From: Eledone cirrhosa
Taxonomy: Eukaryota
DNA: 64,000 nucleotides
Direction: 5' to 3'
Assembly: GCA_964016885.1 (NCBI GenBank)
Contig: OZ024743.1
Location: forward strand, 13,764,001 to 13,828,000
The notes under the pieces were generated by a model that was given only the letters and a program-made list of their open reading frames with translations, did not search any database and was not told where the DNA came from. Shown here piece by piece: positions 30,804-43,348 of the stretch. The first letter of the stretch is position 1. Each line of letters opens with the position of its first letter. The translations under genes and the position numbers were made by a program.

Positions 30804-31397
30804 ACAGAGAGTCTGTGGTAGGATACCAGGTGGACCATAACGCACTAGAATACTCGATACTTGGGGTAGTAGAGTGGTTAATATGAAAAGGTACGGATCT
30901 AGCTGTCGAAACAGCCGGAGTTCACCCGTCGGGGTCCTGAAACTTTTCAGGACCCCGACGGTGGAACTATATCAATACAAATTTAGAAGGGACAAGGTGC
31001 TGTCTGGTTACTAATAAAGAATGTTTACAAATGTACGGGAAACACAAACAAAGGACAGATCCCCTCTTCAGCTGTCTGCTATGGAGGCGTCGAGACCAAC
31101 AGCAGACAATTGATGTGGGTATCTGTCCTTTGTGTTTTCCGTACATTTCTAAACACACTATATATATATATTATTTAACACCAATATTGTTTGTTTAATC
31201 CCCATTCTGAGAAGAAGATCGATAATGGAGTCGGTCGATAACCTCTATGTGTGACCCTAAACCAATCCTCTGAGAAACATGCATACCAGATCTTTACACA
31301 ATCAAAAAATCAAATACATGTAAACGAAACTTCATCGTTTATACACACTCTGCCTGTGCACTGAGTGCTGCGTTTGGTACCAGCACTAGTAATACGC

Positions 31398-31548
31398 TGG
31401 ATTACGGCAGTATCGGTAGAGGGTTACGACCCTTTCCTTTCTGAGTTCAAATCCGCCGAGGTTAACTTTGCCTTACGGGGTCGATAAAATAAAGTACCAG
31501 TAATACACTGGGATAATTGCTGGCCTTGTGTCAGAAATAGAAACAATT
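31398..31548 (+). mobile_element. SINE copy with internal deletions
   Basis: ggcagtatcggtagag...ctgagttcaaatcc...aaataaagtaccagtaatacactgg...gaaacaatt. Confidence 0.8.
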
Positions 31549-31782
31549 ATTTAATATGGACATTGCTTCTACTGGACTAGAACGTTATCATTCATACGAA
31601 ACCATCACGAATGCGGAGTGAAATAGGGAGTTGTTGAAAGGTATTGGCTTCCTTGAGGGGGCGGGGCTATTTTAGGAAGCAAGTATCAAGCCATGGATTA
31701 AGTTGTTGGGAGTGGAGGGAAGCGGTGAAGTAGTAGACAGGGTAGGGAGTATGTGGTGATGAATATGTGGTGATGAATACCT

Positions 31783-32590
31783 TCCTGCCAGATTGTTGAA
31801 CGTATATACTTACCTTATGCATATTAACGGCTGAGTAGCCCAATTTGCATATCGAGTGGGTTAATCGACCGGGTGCACCGAAAACGATAAACGGAAAAAA
31901 TGAAACGATATTTCATTTCCAACTCTTAGTACGGCTGTTACTTAAATATAAGTATGTACACGTACATACATATATGTATACCGACGTACAGTAGTATGTA
32001 TATATATCCATACGTGCATATATATATATGTGTGCATGTATGTATATATATATAATACTACTGTACGTCGGTATACATATATGTATGTACGTGTACATAC
32101 TTATATTTAAGTAACAGCCGTACTAAGAGTTGGAAATGAAATATCGTTTCATTTTTTCCGTTTATCGTTTTCGGTGCACCCGGTCGATTAACCCACTCGA
32201 TATGCAAATTGGGCTACTCAGCCGTTAATATGCATAAGGTAAGTATATACGTTCAACAATCTGGCAGGATGGTATATGTTGCTGACGATAGCTAACAAGC
32301 TTGAAATTAGTACAGCGTTCCTTTGTCAGTGTTGAACAAACGAGCAACGGTGGTTGCTAGACACTACGGCTTAATACCGGATTTTTTTTACAGACACAGC
32401 GAGCATTATAATAAATGTTCGGTGAATCCATACGTGCATATATATATGTGTGCATGTATGTATATATATATATATATACATACTACTGTACGTCGGTATA
32501 CATATATGTATGTACGTGTACATATTTATATTTAAGTAACAGCCGTACTAAGAGTAGGAAATGAAATATCATTTCATTTTTTCCGTTTAT
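31783..32590. mobile_element. Non-coding HHR-bearing repeat in palindromic arrangement (inverted partial copy, full unit, start of a tandem unit)
   Basis: 31783-31996 is the reverse complement of ~32056-32268; the unit restarts at ~32480; homologous to 5823-6300. Confidence 0.85.
32277..32317 (+). ncRNA. Minimal type I hammerhead ribozyme
   Basis: tgttg-CTGACGA-t agct aaca agct t-GAAA-ttag-TA-cagcg; GUA triplet. Confidence 0.75.
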
Positions 32591-32655
32591 ATATATATAT
32601 ATAAATTAATAAAACAATGAATAGAATCAAAGAACAAGTTCCTTATATTAAAAAA

Positions 32656-32793
32656 ATCATCATTTTACGATCGTTTCTAGGATATATATGTGTGTTGGTA
32701 TGTATATCATATAGATTCTATGTAAAAATATTTTACAAACTATCAGAGGAAATATACATATCTTCACATATATATGCTGTCTTCAGAAATAAT
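32656..32793 (-). ncRNA. Long-stem-II hammerhead, diverged homolog of 22526-22679
   Basis: attattt-CTGAAGA-cagc atatatatgtg...cacatatatat ccta-GAAA-cgatcg-TA-aaatgat. Confidence 0.7.
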
Positions 32794-32976
32794 TGTTTCT
32801 ACTTTAGGCACAAGGCCAGCAATTACCCAGTGCATTACTGGTACTTTATTTTATCAACCCCCGTAAGGATGAAAGGCAAAGTCAACCTTGGCGGGATTTG
32901 AACTCAGATCGTAAAGGGACGTAACTATGCTGGAAAACATGGCGTCCGACCCTCTACCGATACTACCAATCCACCG
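32794..32976 (-). mobile_element. SINE copy inserted into the hammerhead stem I strand
   Basis: Full SINE; TSD tcagaaataat (32783-32793, 32977-32987). Confidence 0.85.
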
Positions 32977-33518
32977 TCAGAAATAATGATATTTGTTTAT
33001 TGAAAAAAAACAACAAAAATTTAATATAATAGGTCTGTTTGGGAACAGGTTTTGAATTGACCAATAGAAAAGTAGTAAGATGTCAAGTTGATAGAATAGT
33101 AGTAGTAGAAATTTAAAATAGGGGTAGAGGAATGCAGACTTAAGGTTTGAATGGAAAGAATACTTTGAATGAAAATAATACTTTGGGGATGAAAAGAGGT
33201 CAAGTAGGTGAAGGGTACACGAAAGTTTGATGCTATTATATATATATATATATACAAGAAGAGAAATAGGACGAAGGTAAACAGTTACAAAAGAATTGAA
33301 TCCACGTATTAACAATTGTTTCATCACAACTTTTAGCACACAACCCTACTCCCCTCCCTATACAAATCCTCTCACAACACACTATCTCTTTCTCTTTCTC
33401 TCCTTACCTCCATCCCTTTTCTCTCTCTCTCTCCCTCTCTTTTCCCCCTCTCTCTCTCTCTGTTCCTCTATCTTACACTACTACCCCTTATTTCATTTCC
33501 TAAGGTCATTCCAACTTT

Positions 33519-33619
33519 GTATTTTGAAAATTCGGATGCTACAGTATCTTTCTTGATTGCCTATTATAACATAGTGTAGCAATAATGGACTGAAATTCTG
33601 ATGAAACAATTGTTAATAC
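33519..33619 (+). ncRNA. Hammerhead, U3-A8 core variant with 72-nt stem II region
   Basis: gtatt-TTGAAAA-ttcgga...tctgat-GAAA-caattg-TT-aatac; the 3' half is repeated inverted at ~33255-33326. Confidence 0.6.
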
Positions 33620-33796
33620 GTGGATTACATTCTTTTGTAACTGTTTACCTTCGTACTATTTCTCTTCTTTGATTACACTCCTCGTTTGTTCGTGTTTCCA
33701 CTACTGAATCCCTACCAACCTGTCGAGTCACCTTAACGTATGTTGAGAACTTTCCTCACAACTTGTTCTACCAAGCTTTGGAATACTCCTAATAAC

Positions 33797-33863
<67 letters not shown>

Positions 33864-34479
33864 AAAACCAAAGGAAGTAGGATAGCAAGAATGGAAGTGA
33901 GAAAGGACTCAATAACAGACCGGATCGACTAATACACTGAACATACATTGTCACGCTACTAATACAGACTTATATATTTGCTCATGTGCAACTTTGAACA
34001 CTTCCTGAAAACTCTGCCAAAATATCTCATTTTGAAAAAGGCGGGTAATTTCTGTTCTACTCAATATTTACCAGGATGTATTAATATTTGTGATGATTTG
34101 ATGCATTAAATATTTTACACCGCTGACACCACTGACGCATTAAATACATCCATAGCTTATCTATTGTATTTGATTTCTCATATTGTCGTTGCATTTGTTA
34201 CTCTCTAGCATTTTGTGCCGACTGACTCTGGCAGGTCACAATCGTATCTAAATGACATTAAAATAAAATGCTAACGTTATTTTTCAACCAGCAAAAACGG
34301 ATTTGATAGAAAAGTCTGTAAACTTATTTATTTTTTGTTACACTAATCAAATGGAAAACATTCCTTTAAAACCTATTGTTTATTTGTTTCGTTTATAAAG
34401 TTGTGTTTCTGAATAAATATGCAAATACAACTGCGTGATTCCACAGCATTAATCTTGACTGGTTTCACGTTAAGTATGA

Positions 34480-34617
34480 TAATTTTTTCTGCTTTTGCAC
34501 AAAGCCAGCAATTACCAAGTGTATTAATGGTACTTTATTTTATCGACCCCGTAAGGACGAAAGGCAAAGTTAACCTTGGCGGGATTTGAACTCAGATCAC
34601 AAAGGGACGCAACTCTG
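34480..34617 (-). mobile_element. SINE copy, 5'-truncated
   Basis: ggtactttattttatcgaccccgtaagg...ggatttgaactcagatc. Confidence 0.8.
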
Positions 34618-35276
34618 TTAAATATGATAATATGCAATGGATAGTAATACCAATAACAAAGGACATGTCTATAAAGAATTAATCCTCGTATCGATTTTGT
34701 ACGAATTTTTCTGAACTCGCAACCCCTTTTACGCATAACGATCTTGCCGTTAGTTGCTAGGTAAGAGAATACAAAAAAACATGAAATACAAAAAACCATG
34801 GATTGCTTTACAAATTATTATCGACCATTAATCAATTCTGCACGACGTAAGATCATCTGAAGTAACGTTTAAATATATTGTGCTATGATACGTTTGCTGC
34901 CCATTTTCATAGAATTCGCAAACACAATTAAGGGCACTTTTATACACAGCCTGATACCTTTATTTTCTTAAAACGTCGTTTCCAATGTGATGATATATGT
35001 TACAGTTTTTCTTTATGCTTCTAAATGAATTACGTTCAACTCAATGCTTTTATTATTGTATTCTGCCACATTTGATATGCTAAAATAGTTACATTTCTCT
35101 ACCTTCAGGAATGATTAATATTACTACATTTTCGCTATAATTACGTAAGAAACTTTAAGATGTGCAGCCTGCTGTTGAATACAACACAGTATTCTTGATT
35201 AATGCTACGAAGTACCGCAGTGGTATTTGCATCTTTATATACAATCAGCATATTTTCTCTTAACATTATTAGCTAC

Positions 35277-35459
35277 TGTGGATTGGCAGTATCGGTAGAG
35301 AGTCGGACACCATGCTTTGAAGCATAGAGTTACGTCCCTTTACGATCTGATTTTAAATCCCGCCGAGGTTAACTTTGCCTTTCATCCTTACAGGGTCGAT
35401 AAAATAAAGTACCAGTAATACACTGGGTAATTGATTGCCTTGTGCCAAAAGTAGAAACA
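35277..35459 (+). mobile_element. SINE copy with TSD
   Basis: Full SINE flanked by attattagcta on both sides. Confidence 0.85.
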
Positions 35460-36579
35460 ATTATTAGCTATTGTGTTTGTTAGCCATTTAAATGTTACCC
35501 ATATAAATCTTATATCCATTCGCTTTTAATTCTGGACAGTAATTTTAGTTTTAAACAGAACTCAAACGTTGATGATTTTTGTTGATGTGCGTATGTTGAT
35601 TAGCATAGGTGACCATTGAATATATCAATGGTGGAAAGGAAAGAGGAATAGGATTCATATTAGATTTTATATGCGGCAATGTGATGACAAAAAAAACCCT
35701 TTAAAATTACCATTATCAGGCATATGAGAATACTTCTCTGAATAGTCGTTAATTTGTGTTGCTATGAGTATGAATGCGATTATAGTTATATCTGGTTTCC
35801 AGTTAAGTATGATAATAAACTATGGATAGTAACACCAATAATTTCGATATAGTCACTAGATCATAGTTCACGAAGAAATAAAATTATGTAATTATTTTAG
35901 GAAATCCAAAAGAGCAACACGTAATTAATCAAAGCGATTTGAATCCAGGTCTTTATAGCATATAGTATGCGATTTTGTATGACACTCACTGAAAGATGTT
36001 GGTGATAGGACATGACCAAAATGTGTAGAACAACTATAAACGGGGAGGCGTTTAAACAGAACATAATGTTAAATTCAGCAATAACAATAAATACACATTA
36101 ATGAATAGGAAACAACAACAAAATCAAAGAATAAAACAACTGCAGCAACAACAATAGTAAAAATGGATTTGTATATAGTCATGTGTCAAACGGGGTAGAT
36201 AAGCCCAATTTTCAAAAGGTTTAGAGAGTTCCCTCCATTTAGAGAGGGATCAACTTGTTAAGCCTCCTCGGTAAAGACAATGCTAAGTGTCTTGCAAAGA
36301 AATGTAGGGGGATTGCCCAGTCGAAGCTAGCGGATGAACAGTTTATTTTCACCCCGGACGCGGTAAATCCGACAAAATATTCACACTGTGGGGTGTTTTT
36401 TTCAGAAACCGAGGCAGTTATGCCAAAATATGTATTCTTGCTTTGTAGACCTCAAAAGACATGCATGCTTGCTTGGTAAACAGTAGGGACCTGCTGTGGG
36501 AATATGAAATCAATGGACATCCTTTCATTGCACTGACCTCTATATGAATGCTATAATAGATGTATTTGGATAAATGGTT

Positions 36580-37010
36580 CTAAATGAAAGCCATTCAATG
36601 TGGGAGACTAGACTGACTCATGCCAAGGGTACTTACAGTCACCTCTCCTGTTAGTAATCTTCATGTACTGGGTTGGTAGGCGCAGCCTGGTTATAAGCTG
36701 TAGAAATACTGTCGAGTGCAGCATGGTTGGAATGAAAATAAGTGTGCTGTGCAGTTTTCATGTAAGTTGAGTTCCTCTATGCCGATGGAGAGCTTCACGT
36801 ATCTTGTGGCCTTGTTCAGGAGGAAAGGAAGGTCGCAGGTTGAATTAAGTGCAAAAATCCCTCGAGCTACTGCAGGAATGCGTTTGCTTCAGCATTCAAT
36901 AATCAGAATAAGAGAGGTAGGTAGGTGTAAAAGACACACTCGTTAGTTTCTATTTGGTATCCCTGGCAACCCTTAATTATGCTAATGAATCTTTGGTAAA
37001 TCAAGTACTA
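36580..37010 (+). mobile_element. Decayed RTE-type RT fragment
   Basis: KPFNVG..CQGYLQSPLLL and ESFTYLVALF...ELSAKIPRATAGMRLL. Confidence 0.55.
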
Positions 37011-37011
37011 A

Positions 37012-37160
37012 AAGAAGAAGAAGAAGACGAAGAAGAAGAAGAAGAAGAAGAAGAAGAAGAAGAAGAAGAAGAAGAAGAAGAAGAAGAAGAAGAAGAAGAA
37101 GAAGAAGAAGAAGAAGAAGAAGAAGAAGAAGAAGAAGAAGAAGAAGAAGAAGAAGAAGAA
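37012..37160. repeat. (GAA)n microsatellite
   Basis: Direct; source of the poly-E ORF. Confidence 0.95.
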
Positions 37161-37979
37161 ATATTAACAGTATCTTTTAAATAATCAACTATATATTTAT
37201 CTCATCAAAATAGCTTTGGTTTTCTGGCGATGGATTTCAAATTGGATGTTTAATGGTTGTTTAGTTTCACTAGGAAACGCAGCAGTGCTTTCTGTTTACG
37301 TCGCATTTTTCTTTTTTGTAGTTCAGTAATAAATGTACACCTGACCAGTGGTACACACGCATGCACAGTATCACATGTATCTATTTACTTTTACTATTGT
37401 TGTATCATGTTATTTGTTTCTTTTAACAATTATTCTGTGTTGAAAGCTAATTAGTTGTTCTCTAGGGGGAGTCATCGTGCCAGCTGCAAAATTATGGCCA
37501 TAGGTCAACTTTGACTTTATAAGAGATGGTTGTAATTGAATACAATAGCTGATAATTTAAAATGTTTTCCGAATATAGAAAGTACCGTTGGGTGGAAATG
37601 ACTAATAATAGTGATTTTGGGGAAAGTTCATTATCTGAATGTGTGTTGTTTATTCCAGCCTGTGGAAACCAACAGTCTTTGTTATTTGGGTTAGTCAAAG
37701 GGTTAGAGAGAAATATTTCAGAAAAACAAATACCGACACAAATACATGAAGTAAATTTAAATTTTATGAAAAAAACACACTAAATTAAATTTTAAATAGA
37801 AATCACTGTCTATGCGGTCTTCAATTAAAAGATTATTTGATTTATATTTTCAAGGTTACTTCAGGCTAAATACATTTTTCTTCATTGTATATGAAAATTC
37901 TATGTATGAAACAAAATCACGCAGAGACAATATATAGATACATACATACACATATATATATATATACATACATACATAT

Positions 37980-38028
<49 letters not shown>

Positions 38029-38080
38029 GATTTATACATATATATATATATATATACACACATATATATACACACACACG

Positions 38081-38138
<58 letters not shown>

Positions 38139-38234
38139 AATTAAAATACTAGAGTGTGTTGGAGTTAAACACCCTCTTCGTATTATAGAAATGACAGTAT
38201 AAGCATAACTCAATGTAATTAAACAGAGCCGAAG

Positions 38235-39790
38235 AATTATGAAAATAAACCAAAGAAGCCTTCAATACATCAAAAGTCTTTATTAGCCAACAATGTTTCG
38301 TCCTATTAACGACTTATCAGGGCAATTAAAGCTATAAGAAGCAGTATCGGCCAATACAAGCCAAAAAACTCAGAAGAATATGGAGTGTACATCAAGTAAA
38401 AAGGAAGTGAATAACATTTTGAACCATATTACAAATATAGTCCAATGCAAAAACTAAAGCTAAACAAAGGTGGTGATATAGAGCGGGAATTATTGTATAT
38501 AATATAATATAATATACTATAATTGATAATAATAATAATAATGTTAAACGGCCCAATATACATATACATATATATACATATGTACATATATATACATATA
38601 TATCAATACACATTTCCATCAATACAAGCACAAATTAACCCTTATTAAGAGTTTAAATATAAATAAGAATAATAAGAATAATAAGAATAAAAATAAAAAT
38701 AAAAATATAATACATATATTATTTACGGTATAAAATGAAGAATAAATGATTAAAAGTAAACATATAATATATAATAAACTATATAATTATATAATAGATA
38801 ATCTCCGGTTATTTTGCACAAACAATATAAATGTTACAATAACACTATAATAACAATATAATAATATAATGGCATATAACTTAACAAATCATATAGGGTT
38901 ACAGACCGGGTGAGAAAAAATATTGTACAGAACTAAATTATGTTGGAAAAATATCAAAACCATTGCAAGAAAACAGATGGAGGTCAAATTTCTATACAAT
39001 TGGTGTAAATAAATAAATATTATCCAAACATTACAAAAATTATAAAAATATAAACATATTACAGAATTCACATAATTTAACATAACATAATGGTACATTT
39101 AATAATCGGTAAATAATAAAGATCAGTAGTACGTTTACAAAGAGTGGAATGATATAAAACTTCAATATAAAATATTGAACATAGTATAATATACATAATT
39201 ACGTGGTTGGTGGACAGACATTTGTGAATAAGTGAATGAGAACCAGACAGAAAACTACGCACGGTAGTATAAATATATAAATAAAATCAACCGGAAATCG
39301 AAAAACAAAAACAAAAGTATTTACTTAGGTGTCACATGCAGTTAACTAAACAATTTAGGAAACAAACCCGGATAAATGACTAGAAAACCCTATTAAATTA
39401 ATTAATATTGAAAGTATTTAAAATACATAATAAGTCAATACAAAATTAGCTATGGTTTAAGTAATCAAAATCTCGAAATTTTAAGATATCACTATAAAGA
39501 TATCTGGAGAAGAATGAAATATTCTACTATCAGTTCAATAATGTTATCTAATAAACAGACTTTAAATAGAATTATGGTAGGCCAATGGGGACAGAAAGAA
39601 GAAATGTATGGAGGATACGAATGAGCATAAAATCATAATCAATATACTGTATTATACAATAGAAAGGAGCATAAAAGGGAATTGAATATAATTATAGTAT
39701 ATTTGAAGGGGCGAATGACAAGTGTGTGTGTGTGTGGGGGGGGGGGTTAGTTATCCAAAGAAGAATCCAAATAAAATAAAATAAAATAAT
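38235..39790 (-). repeat. Inverted copy of PLE 3' UTR (mirror of ~41685-43250)
   Basis: Near-identical reverse complement over ~1.55 kb; spurious ORF pairs 38392/42855 and 39077/42210 are almost identical. Confidence 0.95.
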
Positions 39791-39791
39791 A

Positions 39792-41486
39792 TGATTCAGC
39801 CCAGGTAACTGATCTTGTTGGGCTGTTCCTCCTAAATGAACTATATGTCACCTTTCCGCCCCTTAAAGGTGGACTTTATCGTGACGATGCATTGTTTGTG
39901 ATTAACTCTAGCACCAACAACGTCGAGCATAATAAGATGAAGCTTTATAAGTTTTTTAAAAGCTATAACCTTTCGATCACGATAGATAGAAACGATAGAG
40001 CGGTCAACTTTTTAGATGTGACTTTGGACTTGGTCACTAATAGTTTTAAACCATTCCATAAGCCTAATGAAATATTCTCTTATGTTAGTCCCAATTCTAA
40101 CCACCCCAAATCTATGATAAGCTCTATAATTAATGGGGTATCTAATAGGATTTCGACACTCTCTAAGGACGTAGGAACATTTAATGCACATGCAGAGTAC
40201 TATAATAAGGCCCTAGCTAATTCCGGTTACTCTGGTAAAATACATTATAATAATAGTAACCTTAGAAAATCTCCGCTTACTTATAATAATAATAACGTAA
40301 TATCCCATAATATGGCCATGAATGGGAGTAGAAAGCATAGGAATCGTAGAAATCACATAGGTGTATCTGAACCCATCCATAAGTCAAGCCACCGGACTCG
40401 TAATAGGGAATCTAATACTTCTAGGAATCAAGTCGAGCCCTCTGAGCGCTCACGTAGTGGTAATGCTTTTGCTAAATCTAATTCTAATAGTGTTGTTTCT
40501 ACTGATCCTATTATTAGCCCTAATCCTTTTGATATGTTTCCAGATAGCAGCAGATATACTAATGGTAGAAACAGAAGGAGACTTAATGGAGTTTCGGCTG
40601 ATTCTAATAATGTGGTTTTAACTAGTCCTTGTAGTAACCCAAATCTTAAGAAGGGGATATTAGATAACGGTAGAGTTAGTAAGGATAAAAATAGGAGACT
40701 AAATACTTATTTTAACCCGCCATATAATCAGGAAGTATTATAACCAACACCCCTAGGTCTTTCTTTTCTATCTTAGAGAAACATTTCCCTCCTACTAATA
40801 AATACCATAGTATTTTTAATAAAAATGTAATTAAGCTTTCATTCTCTACCACCCCTAATATTAGTTCTCATTTAGCTAGCACTAACAATGAGAAAATTAG
40901 GGATGGATACTCCTCTCTACGTACTACTAGTCTGAATAGATCCATAAATACCTTACCACCTGTGCAGACCTTATCTCATAGTAACCCTACGTGTGATGCA
41001 TCACTACTTCAGCCGATCAATAGCACCCGGAAGTGTAACTGTAGAGTGAGTGCTAACTGCCCTTTGAACGGTAACTGCCTCTCTAAGAACATCGTTTATG
41101 CTTGTGTAGTTAAAACCAATTCCTCTAATAGCACATATATAGGCTCTACATCTAACACTTTTAAGACTAGGTTTAATTCTCATATCTCTAATTTTAAACA
41201 TGTTAAGTTTAAGAATTCTACTTCTTTAGCACACCATATCTGGGATCTTAAGGGGGTTAATATACCATATAGCCTTAATTGGCGAATAGTAGCACGCTCT
41301 AATAACCTTTCAACACATGCTAAATTTTGTAATCTCTGTATCCTTGAGACCCACTCTATAATTTTCTCTAGGGAAACCTTACTTAATAGAAAGTCTGAGA
41401 TATTCTCTTCTTGCCCCCACGCAATTTCAAATTCTTTCTTTTATTATAAACCTAAAGGTTCTAGTAGTGTAAATTGTATCCATTAG
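39792..41486 (+). pseudogene. PLE polyprotein remnant: RT (YRDD) + GIY-YIG endonuclease, disrupted near 40740
   Basis: DSAQVTDLVGLFLL...GLYRDD...VNFLDVTLDL...SNHP; KHFP...IFNKNVIKLSFS; CNCR...CPLNGNCL..NIVYAC...YIGSTSNTFKTRFNSH...CNLCILE...LLNRKSE. Confidence 0.9.
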
Positions 41487-43162
41487 CTGCTATATTCCCT
41501 TATCTTTTTAGTTTAGGTTTATTTTGTTTACCACCATCATTATCATCATTATTATTATTGGTTTTTAACAGCTTTTCATTCTAGCTTTCATAGTCTTTTG
41601 GCTACCATACCATATCTATCTTCTTAAATATTATATTTTCACTATTAACACTTTATGAGTTTATATCTGATTATATATTATATTTTATATTATTTTATTT
41701 TATTTTATTTGGATTCTTCTTAGGATAACTACCCCCCCCCCACACACACACACTTGTCATTCGCCCCTTCAAATATACTATAATTATATTCAATTCCCTT
41801 TTATGCTCCTTTCTATTGTATAATACAGTATATTGATTATGATTTTATGCTCCTTTGTATCCTCCATACATTTCTTCTTTCTGTCCCCATTGGCCTACCA
41901 TAATTCTATTTAAAGTCAGTTTATTAGATAACGTTATTCAACTGATAGTAGAATATTTCCTTCTTCTCCAGATATCTTTATAGTGATATCTTAAAATTTC
42001 GAGATTTTGATTACTTAAACCATAGCTAATTTTTTATTGACTTATGTATTTTAAATACTTTCAATATTAATTAATTTAATAGGGTTTTCTAGTCATTTAT
42101 CCGGGTTTGTTTCCTAAATTGTTTACTTAACTGCATGTGACACCTAAGTAAATACTTTTGTTTTTGTTTTTCGATTTCCGGTTGATTTTATTTATATATT
42201 TATACTACCGTGCGTAGTTTTCTGTCTGGTTCTCATTCACTTATTCACAAATGTCTGTCCACCAACCACGTAATTATGTATATTATACTATGTTCAATAC
42301 TTTATATTGAAGTTTTATATCATTCCACTCTTTGTAAACGTACTACTGATCTTTATTATTTACCGATTATTAAATGTACCATTATGTTATGTTAAATTAT
42401 GTAAATTCTGTAATATGTTTATATTTTTATAATTTTTGTAATGTTTGGATAATATTTATTTATTTACACCAATTGTATAGAAATTTGACCTCCATCTGTT
42501 TTCTTGCAATGGTTTTGATATTTTTCCAACATAATTTTTCCAACATAATTTAGTTCTGTACAATATTTTTTCTCACCCGGTCTGTAACCCTATATGATTT
42601 GTTAAGTTATATGCCATTATATTATAATATTGTTATTATAGTGTTATTGTAACATTTATATTGTTTGTGCAAATTAATCGGAGATTATCTATTATATAAT
42701 TATATAGTTTATTATATATTATATGTTTACTTTTAATCATTTATTCTTCATTTTATACCGTAAATAATATATGTATTATATTTTTATTTTTATTTTTATT
42801 CTTATTATTCTTATTATTCTTATTTATATTTAAACTCTTAATAAGGGTTAATTTGTGCTTGTATTGATGGAAATGTGTATTGATGTATATGTATATATGT
42901 GTACATATGTATATATATGTATATGCATATTGGGCCGTTTAACATTATTATTATTATTATCAATTATAGTATATTATATTATATTATATACAATAATTCC
43001 CGCTCTATATCACCACCTTTGTTTAGCTTTAGTTTTTGCATTGGACTATATTTGTAATATGGTTCAAAATGTTATTCACTTCCTTTTTACGTGATGTACA
43101 CTCCATATTCTTCTGAGTTTTTTGGCTTGTATTGGCCGATACTGCTTCTTATAGCTTTAATT

Positions 43163-43200
43163 GCCCTGATAAGTCCTTAATAGGACGAAACATTGTTGGC
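43163..43200 (+). ncRNA. Minimal hammerhead-like motif (G8A core change); mirror copy at 38286-38323 (-)
   Basis: gcc-CTGATAA-gtcct taat aggac-GAAA-cattg-TT-ggc, immediately followed by AATAAA. Confidence 0.6.
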
Positions 43201-43260
43201 TAATAAAGACTTTTGATGTATTGAATGCTTCTTTGGTTTATTTTCATAATATATATACAC

Positions 43261-43348
<88 letters not shown>

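Larger units (their letters stand above)
39791..43250 (+). mobile_element. 5'-truncated Penelope-like element (RT C-half, Cys linker, GIY-YIG, long 3' UTR)
   Basis: Coding remnant 39791-41486 followed by a ~1.75-kb AT-rich UTR, an HHR-like motif and AATAAA at 43202, ending at a (TA)n tract. Confidence 0.9.

Noticed and set aside
29136-37184. Poly-S/T and poly-E ORFs
   Set aside because: Produced by (ACT)n and (GAA)n microsatellites.
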